A stretch of 63,064 nt of DNA, the filler included, from Collodictyon triciliatum (lineage: Eukaryota): the NCBI GenBank assembly GCA_043381765.1. It is 5 parts of 5 records of this genome, joined end to end, with 100 filler letters (N's around TTAATTAATTAA, not from the genome) between each part and the next. Parts side by side here need not be neighbours in the genome. Positions count along the whole stretch, not along the records: positions 1 to 17,664 come from JBHJMP010001430.1; positions 17,765 to 35,429 come from JBHJMP010001431.1; 3 more parts are not named here. One strand, written 5' to 3'. The notes below the pieces were generated by a model, which had not been told where the DNA came from, did no database searches, and saw nothing but the letters and a program-made list of their open reading frames with translations. The translations under genes and the position numbers were made by a program. Numbering within the stretch: the stretch's first letter is position 1; the number at the start of each line of letters is the position of its first letter. Shown one piece after another: positions 9,823 to 21,960 of the stretch.

Positions 9823-12047
9823 CTGGGGTGTCCTTTCTTCCTGTTTTTTTTCTTTTCCGACGAGCTGGAGAAGGCATAGATAACTCTTGAGCAAACTCTA
9901 ACAGGTTTTTTGGGAGTTAACGGATCATCTTTGGGCAAAGAAAAAAAAAAGAGGCGAACATATATCACCGGACATTGAGAACTTCAAATATAAATAAAAA
10001 AAATGGTTGTTTGGAGGTTGGTTCGTGCGAAACAAAAAAAACCTCCTGCTTCTTATCCACGCTTGAAAAACACAATACTTAGCGCCAGAAGCCTCAAAGT
10101 GTTCAAGCCACCGCCCCTTTTTGACCGCCAGAGGTTTCTACCTTCGGCAGCTTACTGGATATATGCGCACCAATTAGTCTAATACTCGTAACTGACAGGG
10201 AGTCATTGATGCTTACAACGACATATTCCAAAGGCTAGCTCAATCGCCCATCTTAGCTCACCTGGCTCGTTAGCATCACTGAATGTCTCCGAGCATCGTA
10301 ATTGCGGGAGCCGTAACACACCCGAAATACCCAAGATGAATGCAGTTTGTCTTTGATTATATTAACCGCTGAGGACAAGGAGAACTACATTCGCTGCAAC
10401 AAGATTGAGGAGGCCTGGCTATCTTGCGGATGGTCTTCTTGGGATGCATCATTTCGCCTTTCCATCGTGCGATATCAGTATTGATAGAATAGGGAGCGTT
10501 TTGAACTAATTTTACTTTTCTTTCATTCAAAGAGGCAGCATCGCTCCAATTTGAGTTTTAACACCCACAAATACTGGAATGAATAGCACAAAAATCGTAT
10601 TCTAATCATGTATATGTATGCACTCGGTCGATAGAAGTTCCAAGTTATGATATGTGCATAACAGTTCATGCCTACAAGAGCTGCCTTGGTGGTCGAATAT
10701 ACTAAACTTACCTATTCACCCCAGATAGATGCTTGAGTTTTAAAAATCGCCACTTTCTCAGAAATTATCGTATTACCCCGAACACAAGACTTGCTCAGGA
10801 AGCAAATTAGAGTATAACAAAACCCTTTTTCACATATTCGTTCACCATCAACGACATGATAATCAAAAAAAATTAAATACAAATGCTTCAGAACTATTTA
10901 AAATCTGCATCCGCCCAATAAAAAGTAATCCATTTTATTTATTTATTTAATTAGCGTGTCGGTTTGACTATGTTTTCAATTTTTAATCAAAAGACTCTAC
11001 AATCGCATTTTTTATGGAGTGAGTGACATCATACCCGTAAAATTGATATTTTGTTGAACTTCATTATGAGTCTAATATGCCTTTTTTTTTAATTTACTAA
11101 TGGACGATTGAAGCGCCCAATTCATTGAGATAATAATGATAAACAGCCATTGAATCATCCTAGAACAGTATCATCAAAAGTTATAAAAAAACACGATATA
11201 AATATGACTGAAGAGCGTACCAGCGATGATATAGATAGAAATCGATGATTCTATATTCGTGTCTCACAGAATATCAGAGCACATAAAAGAAACGCTATGA
11301 TGTTTGACATAAACTGGTCTCAGATTTTACTAGTTAACAGCCTTGAAAATGATGTTAGGCCTGCATGTCAAAGACATGATGATTCGAAGGTGATAAGGAG
11401 TTTATCATATGGTATACACCTTTATACTAAGTACAAGGCGGTAATAACAGCACCTTCCAGATTATTATTTCACTGTTCAGTTAAGGAGGTAATTCGGAGC
11501 CAAACCAATGGGTATTTTTATATGCTTTTGTAATTTTGGTTGTGATCGCCATCAGCATTTCGAAATTACCTTGGGGTTATACGAGATACTCGTGCATTAT
11601 TTCTTATATAGTATTGATAATCTAGGCAGTCAGCTGAACCCAGAGGTAAGTTTTCCGATATTTTTTTACATATTTCTAAAAAAAAAAAAAAAAAAACAGA
11701 ATTTCTTCAGTGTCTGGTGCTCTGCTAGTCTTTTGGAGATAACAATTATCCTGATGTGTCTTTATGTACGACATAAATTCAATCTTTTCTATATTATTGA
11801 CCTCCCAAATGCGAAGAGAATAATGCCAGTAGACACCTGATTGTTCTTCTTATGTTACCTTATTTAAATTAGGATAGCTTTGTCTTTTTGCACTTTAAGC
11901 ACACTCCATCGGCATATATGCATCCACATCTACATATAATTAAATTAATATCCCAAAAGACAGAAAATACAGTTAACAAAGGAGAATATTTCAAATATCG
12001 CATATATTCTAAAAAAAAATTGCCGAATTATGAAAAAAAATACAATT

Positions 12048-13376
12048 CTACAAAGATGGCCAAACATAGAGAAATGTGAACCTGCAGATGTTATCCAACA
12101 AGACAGAGTATTTGGTTCTGGCTGCCTCCTTCCCATGATGCTCTTCGAACTGACACCGTTCGCAATCGCATTCAAAAAAGAATGTTTCCTTCGTCGTCTT
12201 ATTATTCAAGAGCAATTAGGCAATATTATTCAATTCGTGATTTCCTACAGGTTTAAGGTCAAATAATGAAATCATAGAATTCACAAATGTGCTCAAACCT
12301 GTCTACGTTGCTCCAAATTATCACCCAATGTTACATAACTTAAGTTAATCTCGTCTCCAGCCATAATGCTTCTCGATGCATATATCTGGGACAGAACAGA
12401 AAATAAACTGAGATTGCATTCAGCTATCAAAAGAAAAAGATGGGAGTCGATAAGCAATAGGAAAGTGTGCCTTCTTACAATGACAGGGCTAAGAACCCTG
12501 CAGAATCTGATTACAAACCTCTAAAGTCGGCCCTTTGTGTGTCTTGACGATGTTCGGATTGCATGAGTGATTGAAGAAAGAGGCGTCTATGTAAACACCC
12601 CAAGCCAACATGTCCCCGCTATCATCAACACAACCGAACGCATTGCATCTCTCCCTGCACAGAAAATCCATTATTTCTGGCACTCCAATATCATATTGAT
12701 GCTTCTTAGGGACCATTTCAATAGCAGTCTTGGCGATGGTGTAAAAGTCGACGACACAGTCTGCATCTAAAACATCTCTGCATGATTGCAACAAGGAGAG
12801 GCGGGCCTCTGCGATCTCTGTGGGGTATCCCTCATTTTGCTTTCCATTCTCATGAGATAGGGAGAATGGCTGGTGCTTAAGAGCAATGCGACGGGCCATT
12901 AAGTCAATCACCATGCGTAGATAAGACCCGAGAATAGGGTGCAGGGCAAAGTCAGGGTTTCCAGCATGGGCTTCTGGGACGCGTCGAAGAGCAACGCAGG
13001 CCACGCTTGTGTGGTTCTGTGCATCCGCCTGCTTGCACTCGACGGAGCAGTAAAACACCTGTCTGCATACAACACAGCACTCTGCGTGACGGGAGCGTCG
13101 GGTGGGAAGAAGGCAGACTCGGCAGACTTGCTTGAGCCATGAATCGTGGACAGCATAGATGAATGGCGCTACGCGAAGAACAAGTTCGCCACAGGCAAAG
13201 TCTCGCGTGCTCACAACGCGTCGCCCACGATTCACGGTTTGGTCCACTCGAAGGCCGCTTGCGTGAAGAGAAGCATAGCAGTTTGTGTCTTCAACGATTC
13301 TGTGGAGGGAAGCTTCGGTCTCGCAAGGATCGGTGGTCTGGATGGTCGGCCGTGGGATGCCTTTCGCCTTTGGCAT
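12048..13376 (-). CDS. SMYD-family SET+MYND lysine methyltransferase
   Basis: N-SET RGRRVVSTRDFACGELVL; MYND CRVC..CCVVCRQVFYCSVECKQAD..H..AC; ASFFNHSCNPN; next exons IYASRSIMAGDEINLSYV..EQRRQ and post-SET FFFECDCERC. The 3' end is uncertain because there is a possible further donor at ~12081. Confidence 0.9.
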
Positions 13377-13988
13377 GAGCGCGGCTTTCAGTGGCTCTGT
13401 GGCTGCGGCTCGGGTGAGTGCGTCTGGTTTGGTTTTGTGATTGCTTGAGTCTCCTTCTTCTTTGACAGCTTATGATACCCTTTGTATTTATCTTTGTTTC
13501 CTTTGAAAAATGCGCGCCTGCCTCCAAACTTCTTTGTCTATGACTCTGGTTCTTTCGCGCCCGGTTGGCAAATGCTCCTGCCCAGCACCTTCTTCCCTCA
13601 CAGCCAACGAGGCAACGCAACAACACAACGCAGCCTGAATGATGGGCTCCAATCGGACTCCTAATCCCACTCCTAATCTCGCTGCTCCGGCCGATGGACG
13701 GAACGCATGCATTCGCCAGACTTTCTAATCCACAATCGAGACGGGAAAAACATCTGCTTACTGCTTTGGTATCTTCAAAGAGCAATAAGGAGGAACAGAG
13801 CGTGTGTCGATGTCAGGTTTATTAGCAAAAAAGAAAAAAAGAAAAAAGAAAGAAATAAAAAAAATAAAAGAAATCATGAAAAGGCTGCCATTATGCAACC
13901 CTTCCACAAACCTCGCAACTCCAACATCCTTCTTCTGCCTCTCTATCCTGGGGCGTGCGGCTCATTTCACCAGAGATACCGGTCCAGT

Positions 13989-16815
13989 TTATCGCGGACG
14001 ATATGACGAAGTCATCCCTGGTCTTCCTGTGCTCGGTTTCGATGCTGCAGCGCTTGTGGTGGATGAGAGACCGCCTTTAGAGGGTTGTTTGGTAAGCGAC
14101 GCATTCGCCGGCGGCTCGCGTGTTGTTTGCCTCTGTGTGCTTGAGTTGAACTGGGCAGCGCTCGGTGCAGGGTTTGCGCTGGGCTTTGCTTTCATGTTGA
14201 GCTTGGCGCATATTGGAATGTGTCGGTCGGCTGCATTTTCATTGAACTTGCGGCCGCAATGCTGTGGATGGGTGGTTACGTTTGTGTTTATCGTATTATG
14301 ATTGGATTATTTTTTTTCTGTTATCTGTTTTTTTTTTCTTTTCCTTTTTTCTTTTTCTTTTTTTGATTGTGGTTCATTGCAGGATACTTACAGGGCAGGC
14401 TTGCAGGCCGTCGTCGATGGGTATGGTTGTGCCAGCTGGCATGGACGGGTCGGACAAGGTCATGGGAGCCTGGCCTTTTGCAGAGCGAATAGCGTTGATG
14501 AAGGCCATATGGTCTCGCTTCCACTTGGGGATTTTTGCTGGGAGGTCGCCTTTATTCTCCGGCGCACTTTTTGCTGCCTTCTGCTCTCTCTTTTGGGCGT
14601 TCTGTTCATGAGACATAATTCCATAATCATTTACAAAATGCAATATTACAGTTTTTTTTTTTTTTTTGGATTTAGTTTCAATTAAAACATTACTATATAA
14701 TAAGTGAGGAATAGTATGGATTTGGTGAATTTATTCGATTAAAATATCCACAAAGTATGCTCTTCCTTTCTCCATTTTCCTTTTTTTTAACCATTAAATG
14801 AATCATATGACAGTGGAATATTGCAATGATTAAACAAAAAGTACTAGCAGAAAATGTTGGGAGAAAAGAAGCAAACCTTGTACAATTGAGCAGCCTCACC
14901 TTCGAGGCGATGTTTTGTCGAGTCAAATACTTTGCGCTCCTTCGTCGACACTTTGTTGCAAATCCGCTGATGAACTTTGATTCGATCTGTAGCAAACTTC
15001 CGCCCGCATATCTGACATTCTGTCGTATCTGTATTACCCCCTGCGTATGGGTCTTGGTCGTCATCAGCCTCATTACTGTAACATCAGTATTAAATAAAAT
15101 GTTATGTGCTTTTCTTTTCTTGTGCTAAAAAAAAAAAAGTAATAAATAGCATCAATTACTTTCATATATATCAGAAATGGAAAAAATACGTTTCATCCTC
15201 GTAATCATACTCTTGCGGCTCCGGCTCCGGCTGAGACCGCTGTGATGTGCGGGACGACGGGCGATATGCTTCTTCTTGCCGAGCTGCAGGCTTCTGCGGC
15301 GTGTTTCTGTTTGTATTGGGCGCTTGATTTGTTCTTGTTCCAGACGTATTTCTGCTCTGTAGCTGATAGCTTGGCTGAAAAGTGCTCTGCTCGCTATCAT
15401 CCTGGTCATCTCCCTGGTCTCCCGACTGATAAGGCTGTGCGTATTGATAGTATTGCGCTTTGTACTTTGAATCCTGCGCTTGTTGGCGTTGAGAGGGAGA
15501 CGGAGACGGAGACGGAACGCGTTGCTGAGTATTTGTGGTTGGATTTGTAGTTAGGATTTGCTTCTGTGAGCTGGACCTCTGGAGCACAGGCTGCGATGGA
15601 CCGCTAGGCTTTGAGCGAGATGCATCTCTGTCCTGCATGGACCGTTGTAACGGATCCGAGTTGTGTGGGTTGGTGGGAGCCTCATTTCCTCGGCGTGTCT
15701 CGGGCACTCTCTGCCTGTTGCGATTGGAGTCGAAGCCGTCGGGCTGGAAATTCTCCTCGTAGTCGTGTTGTGGCTGTCCGCGCTGGGTGTCTAAAATGAT
15801 TTGGTTCCAGTGATGCGGATGCACCTGATTGCTGTAGCATATAAATGATAAGTAAATGATAGTACAACAAACCGCGAGATGATGTCTGATATGCGCTTTG
15901 ATTGTAGCTAGACGCGGTGGGCTGTCGTTTTGTGTGGGGTTTCAATGAGGAGCTTTGGTCATCGTCTTCATCATCTGGGTACGACCGGAATGTGGGGGAC
16001 GGGGCTGCAGACGGCTTTGCTGCTTTGGCAGAGACTGCAAGCGGGGCAGCTTTCGATGTTTTGGATTCGGCTTCTCTTTGGGCCAGCTGGATGAATCTCT
16101 TTGGATTTGATTCGCCCTTTCCAGCAAAGAATTTCATCACTGTCTTCATCAGAGAGTAATGGTGCTCAAGAAGAAACATGAGCAGCTCTTTGCATAGGTC
16201 GTTGGACATTTTACGGATGTCGGATATGGATAGGTCTTCGTCGATGGAGCTTTCAGCCAAGTTTGTGTCATCGCCATGCGTATTTGAATGTGCTCCACGT
16301 GTGTTTGCATATGCAGATGCAGATGGATTTGGTCGGCTTGTTTGTCCCCGGGCAGAGTTTGGGGCGTATCCGTAACCATGTGTATTTGCATTTGAGTTTG
16401 AACTAGCATTTGCATTACCACTTGTGTAGCTTTGTGATGAATACGACGATTGCGGTTGCGGTTGCGGTTGCGGTTGCTTCAGCTCTGGATTGCGAGTGTT
16501 GCGAGATGCTGTTGCTGCTGTTGATGCCGCGAAAGTTCCGCCGCCGTAGTTGTGATTGTCTCGGTCGCCTCCATATGAGTTTCGGTCTTGCATCGGTGAT
16601 GAGGCCCGTTTGTAAGTGTGCGCTTCGTTCTGGTTGCTACGAAGGGTTGCTGTTGCGTTTGTGGTTGTGGTTGTGCTGCTTGGGACTGAATTTGTTTGGC
16701 GGGCAGCAAACTGGCTTTGGATTGGGCGATCCTCTTGTGGATTTGGAGCGTAGTTGTATGATGCAGCGGGTTCGGGCGAGGGTTCAGATTCGGTCCAGGT
16801 TGTCTGTTTATTTGC

Positions 16816-16897
<82 letters not shown>

Positions 16898-17270
16898 ATA
16901 TGTAAATAAATATGTAAATAAATAAATATGTAAAGATAAGTGCATAAGCGAAAAATAGAGTGAATAGATTCTTATACTTTACGGCCTCGATTCGCATTAG
17001 GAGGTGCTTCGGACTCTGCTACAATGGGTAAGTTCATCAAAAGTTGTTTGCGTTTGACCTGATATTTGCGCGGAAAAGAAAAGCAACATCGTTGTGCGAC
17101 AGACTGTCAATCAGAGAGAGTTGTGAAAGTATTGAGACTCTGGTGCAAAGGGCTGCTTCCTTACCAACTGGATGCTTTCGCTCGTCTTTCAGCGCCTTTG
17201 CTCGCTCCATCTGCTCTTTGCGTTTCTGGGCCCAGTTCTGGGCTGCTGAACTTCCTCGACTGGCGTACAT
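13989..17270 (-). CDS. ZC2HC1-like protein (two zf-C2HC_2 fingers, long Q/S/P-rich linker)
   Basis: Finger 1 CQICGRKFATDRIKVHQRICNK..RKVFDSTKHRL; conserved PKWKRDHMAFINAIRSAK; finger 2 split by an intron, LQACP/HCGRKFNENAADRHIPICAK; N-terminus MYASRGSSAAQNWAQKRKEQMERAKALK. Confidence 0.85.
16819..16930. repeat. (TAAA)n microsatellite, intronic
   Basis: Tandem TAAA seen directly. Confidence 0.95.
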
Positions 17271-17564
17271 CTGTATTCAAAGCGGCCGATCTTGTGCGGA
17301 TCGGAGGCAGCAGAGGAGTCGGTTCTCTGCTCTTTATTTCACAGGGACTGCACATGAAGAAGAGCGAAGGAAGGTGGGTGGAGTTTTTTGTAAGTGGCCC
17401 GTGTCTGATTGTTATGGGCGTGCAGCGTTTGATAAGCGTGACTCTTGCCTCGAACACAGCGATGTGTTTTTGTGCAGATTTCTTCAATGAGTAAAAAAAA
17501 AGTTTGACATTGAAAAAATTATTGGCTGATTTGTGTTGTGTTGAATGTGATTTATATTCTACCT

Positions 17565-17664
17565 GATTTTATGGATTTTATGGATTTTATGGATTTTATG
17601 GATTTTATGGATTTTATGGATTTTATGGATTTTATGGATTTTATGGATTTTATGGATTTTATGG
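17565..17664. repeat. (GATTTTATG)n 9-mer tandem repeat at a contig end
   Basis: About 11 perfect copies running into the N gap. Confidence 0.95.
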
Positions 17665-17764
17665 NNNNNNNNNNNNNNNNNNNNNNNNNNNNNNNNNNNN
17701 NNNNNNNNTTAATTAATTAANNNNNNNNNNNNNNNNNNNNNNNNNNNNNNNNNNNNNNNNNNNN
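17665..17764. other. Artificial contig spacer N-TTAATTAATTAA-N
   Basis: Six-frame-stop 12-mer at 17709-17720 flanked by N runs. Confidence 0.97.
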
Positions 17765-18720
17765 AAATAGGCAAAGGATGTCTTCCCAGCCCCGGTTTCT
17801 CCAAGAATGAGAAGAACGGACTGTTTCTTTTGCTCGAAAAACTCCCACACACGGCTCTGTGCATCAAAGTACTGTGCGCTTTTTGGGTAGGAACGACCAA
17901 AGAGTGGGATGTACTTTTCGGCGCGGTCGTGGACTGATTTTGCATCGATGAAGGACTCGCGGATCCGCTCGAGCTTTGGTTGGACAGTGATTCTTGGACT
18001 GACGAGCGCGGGTGCTGGTGCTGGTGCTGGTGCTGGTGCAGATTCAAGTACGTGTGCAGGCGTCGGGATTTCCTTTCCAGATGTCTTGGTGGATGAATGA
18101 AGGTTTGATTCGGCTGTGGTTGCAGGCATTTGGATTTCGTCCTGGGTATCATCGCCAGAGTCATGCGCAGATAGAAGCGGTGCGGAGGCGTCGGCAGATC
18201 CGTCATGCGTATCAGTCTGTGCAGGTGTGAGTATGCTGGATGGGATCCGGGGCCTTGTAGGGGAGGCCATTTGCGGCTGCGATTGGGATTGGGAGTGGGA
18301 GTGGGATTGGGAGTGGGATTGATTTTCGCCAGGGCGTGGGTGAGCCTCCTCAGCAGGCATTTTGCCGAAGCACTGACCACCTCCATCGAGAGAGGGCACC
18401 CACGAGACAACGAAGTCGGGTGAGGGACAGACATGCAGGCGAAAGTCTCTGCCGAAGCTGTGAAGGCGGCTGCGAGTCCGAGTCCGAGTGCGACGTGACT
18501 TTTCCGGAAGGCCTGCGAGCGGACAGAACAAAGCGAGTTGTGGTGGAGACGAGTGGCCGGGTGGGAAGCACACAGTGGCGGGATGGGAAGCGCCAAAAGC
18601 GTCGATCACGGTGACCCGTTCGATGCGCCTCGTCGGAGAAGTCGACACGTGAAAGCGGACCGTGTACTGATCGGTGGCGTCCGGGAACTCGTATGCTTGT
18701 GATTCAGGGAGCGGCCGCAT
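17765..18720 (-). CDS. 5' part of a NACHT/STAND P-loop NTPase (NLR-like), truncated by the contig end
   Basis: KYIPLFG..FDAQSRVWEFFEQKKQSVLLILGETGAGKTSFAY: a pre-P-loop YIPL motif and Walker A typical of NACHT-type STAND NTPases. It is preceded by a ~110-aa globular leader ending LDGGGQCFGK and a low-complexity linker. Confidence 0.7.
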
Positions 18721-18876
18721 CTTGTCGGGGCGTGGCTGTTGAGGAGGGGAGGCACGGTGTCCTGCTTGTTAGTCTGGTGTCTTTTATGCGGCTGTCGCTG
18801 TCTTTTGAGGGGGGAATCTTGTAAAGTGAAGGAACAGCTGGTTGCGAGCATAAGAGGGGTATTCTAAGTGGGCTTC

Positions 18877-19190
18877 TCTTTTTTCTCTCTTTTTTTCTCT
18901 TTTTTCTCTTTTTTTTCTCTTTTTTTTCTCTTTTTTTTCTCTTTTTTTCTCTTTTTTCTCTTTTTTTCTCTTTTTTCTCTTTTTTTCTCTTTTTTTCTCT
19001 TTTTTTCTCTTTTTTTCTCTTTTTTTCTCTTTTTTTCTCTTTTTTATCTTTTTTATCTTTTTTATCTTTTTTATCTTTTTTATCTTTTTTATCTTTTTTA
19101 TCTTTTTTATCTTTTTTATCTTTTTTATCTTTTTTACCTTTTTTTCTTTTATCTCTTTTTTCTCTTTTTTTTCTTTTATCTCTTTTTTCT
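18877..19190. repeat. Polypyrimidine tandem repeats (T6-7CTC)n and (TTTTTTATC)n
   Basis: Seen directly; they explain the K/E-rich and F/S/L-rich spurious ORFs. Confidence 0.9.
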
Positions 19191-19627
19191 CTTCGATCCG
19201 ATCAGAATATGCCTGGGATCTGCAGAATCTGATTGACCTCGTGTCAAGAAAACTTCGTGGAAAAGCAGAATGCGCTTGGAAACGCGTTTTCATGCTATCT
19301 ATAACAGATGCAAATAGTATGATATAATAAATATGGTATTAATGGAACAATTTCTTGTTCTACCATACCAACTTAGGAAGATGTCAGCATTGCTGTTTAG
19401 GTTCGAGGCGGACTGGTGGTGCTCAGGAGATTCGAATAAAATGCAGAAACAAAGGCCTTTTGCAATAGAGTCACATAGACGGAACAGTTGGGCGACGCTG
19501 ACACAGCACGCTTTCCAAGAGATGTGATGCCATTCATTTAACTTCATTTCATATTTTTTCTTTTATATAATAAATCTGTGTATCTTTATGCTTGTTGTTT
19601 GTTTGTATAAATCGGGGTAGAGCTGCC

Positions 19628-21013
19628 TCATGCTTTGATTCGCTCGAGCTTGGCACAGATTTCCTCAAAGGAAGGGCGTTTGTTCGCGTCGTTGTCCCAG
19701 CAAGCAAGAAGCAGCTCACAGAATCCATCGGGGCATCCCTGAGGCAACGGCGGCCGAACTCCACGGGCAGCGTCGTGCGCAATCTGATTTGACCAGGACA
19801 TGTGTAAGGCGTGTGTACCACGAACGTTTGGAGGAAAGAAATAAAGAAAAAGATGTAGTATGTGTCAACATAAAAAAAAGGATAATTTGAGAGTTAGAGC
19901 GATGATACATTCAATTGATACAGTGATGATGAGGGATAGGTATGAGAGTATCTGAATAAATTACACGAAGCTGGTTTGTCCCTGCAAAAGGGAGCGAGCG
20001 CGACCAGAGCTCCCACATAATCATGCTGAAGCTGTATACATCGCTCTTTGTTGTCAGCGGCTGACCAAGGAAAATGCAAGGGTCTGTACTGACGGCGCTT
20101 TCATGGTTGAGCGACTGCATGCGTGACTGTGCCTTGAGGACGCTGAATCCGTAATCGCAGACAATCGCATTCCAATCACCGGATATCTGGGACAAACCAA
20201 TCATGACAATATTAGAGAAAAAATGTATGAAGAAAGCAGGAAAGAGTTGGTAAGAAATATATATGGGGGCTTTCAGATAAGAAAATGTAAAAAGTATTCA
20301 ATATTTGTACTAATGGCGAGACACTTACTCCAATAGCTGACGTTTTCAAGTCCTCGTGCCGAATACTCGGGTCTCGCGTGTGAAGGTAATTGACGCCCAC
20401 CGCTATTTGAACAAGGATTTTGATCTTGGTGGAGGGGGTGATGTTCACTCGGTCGTCTTTTATCAACCGATCAAGCGTTCCTTTGTCGTAAAAGTTTGTA
20501 ATGTAGCAAAACCCAGGGGGGTTGACACGAGCACCAAGAATGGAGGATACATTTGAGTGGCTTAGCGACCTATGGACAGTTTATTTCACTTAACGTGTGA
20601 TTTTTATCAATTTGCGTGGATTCTTTGCATATATTTGTTTATTTGCTCATTATCTGCCCTCAATAGTTAATTCTCATTATTGTCAGTGATTATACACTCA
20701 AGATGCATGCTGGCATCAAGCTATTGCGCAACACTCACAAATAATTCCTTATTTCCGTCTCGAAGCCGATGCGCTGGGCCTCATCCATGGTCTTTCGAGT
20801 AAGCTTGCGGATCCAAACCTTGCGAGAACCCCAGCTGCCCACAAAGCGATCGGCATACCCGTCCGAGAAGACAAAGTCCTTGTAGTGGACAAGCATGGCT
20901 GGATCTTCCGTGTCACTGTGCGGGCTGCCTAAGGGCTTGCTCAGGTCGTCCAGATATACTGCGCTGTCTCCTTCTGCTCCAACAGCGTTTTGCTTTGTGC
21001 AGATTCCTCCCAT
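19628..21013 (-). CDS. N-acylated TKL-like pseudokinase, paralog A (4 exons)
   Basis: MGGICTK N-terminus; no Gly-rich loop; KVWIRKL at the VAIK position; RHEDLKTSAIG; VCDYGFS; STDPCIF in place of APE; TKSDVYSFSMIMWEL; RPPLPQGCP..LLLACWDNDANKRPSFEEI..IKA*. Confidence 0.88.
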
Positions 21014-21960
21014 CCTGGCTGTGCTTCGCGCTGTGTGCTATTTGTGCTTTGTCGGCTGCTGTGTAAGTCAGAGAAGGGATCGCCTCTTTGACTTTGATGT
21101 GGATATCGGCATGAAAAGAGAAGGGTGTGAGAACGGATCAGCTACAGATCGACAGGCTTCTGGCTACTTTAACAGCCAGAAAAAGAAAAAAAAAAAGGGG
21201 CCTGATAACTTAGGCAAAGCAAATACAATGCAAAAAAAAAACAATGACCGATGAATAAAACTGATAGCAAACGACAAACAATGGGATAAGAAATGACAAG
21301 AAAGTGAAGCAGAGGGGATCCAAACGGCAGAGTCTATCGCAGCCGCACACGGAGGTTGGCATCAGATTAGGAACAACGCACAAGGCCGCGTGGAGAGGTT
21401 GCATCGCTGTGCTTTTCTTTGATAGAAATGATGATGGCGGTTTGGTCTACTTTTCTGGAATTGTTTGCAACGGCGGCTGTTATAATGTATCTACCGAATG
21501 ATACGGTAAGACGGAGAACAGGCATATGACCACCCGCTGATAAATCAAAGTTAGATATATAATATGATATATATGAATATATATCATTTATTATTATTTA
21601 GGTATAAAATTCATATCAATCGAATCATCATATATTTTGTATTTAATTTCCAGTAATATAAAACTAATGTGGAAAATAAAACCTAGATTTCTGACAGGGC
21701 TCTTTTTTTTTTTACATGCCTTCTGTGTAGGATTTTTTAAAAATTCTTAGATCGGATGATGGAGGAGGGTTGAAACTCTTTACAAAGTTAACTATTTTGA
21801 AAAGGGTGCCAAATTGCGCGTAAGCACAGGGTTTCTCTGAACACGAGCGGGAAGGGTAGCGAAAAAGAAAAAGAACGCGGAAAAAAGAATAAAGAAAGAA
21901 AAAGGCAGGGTGGAGCAGATTTTCACACAATGTGGTGGCAAAATATTTAGGCGGCATGCA

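Noticed and set aside
17565-17664. (GATTTTATG)n at a contig end as a possible novel telomere repeat or CRISPR-like array
   Set aside because: There are no spacers. Other contigs also end in unrelated simple repeats, so this is most likely an assembly break in a minisatellite.
17709-17720. Recurrent palindrome TTAATTAATTAA (also at 35474, 53227 and 59519)
   Set aside because: Always centred in N runs of fixed length; it is an artificial six-frame-stop linker, not biology.
18784-19293. K/E/I-rich 169-aa ORF and other low-complexity ORFs (FVCL, HY, poly-N, ER/KE)
   Set aside because: These are translations of microsatellites and purine/pyrimidine tracts.
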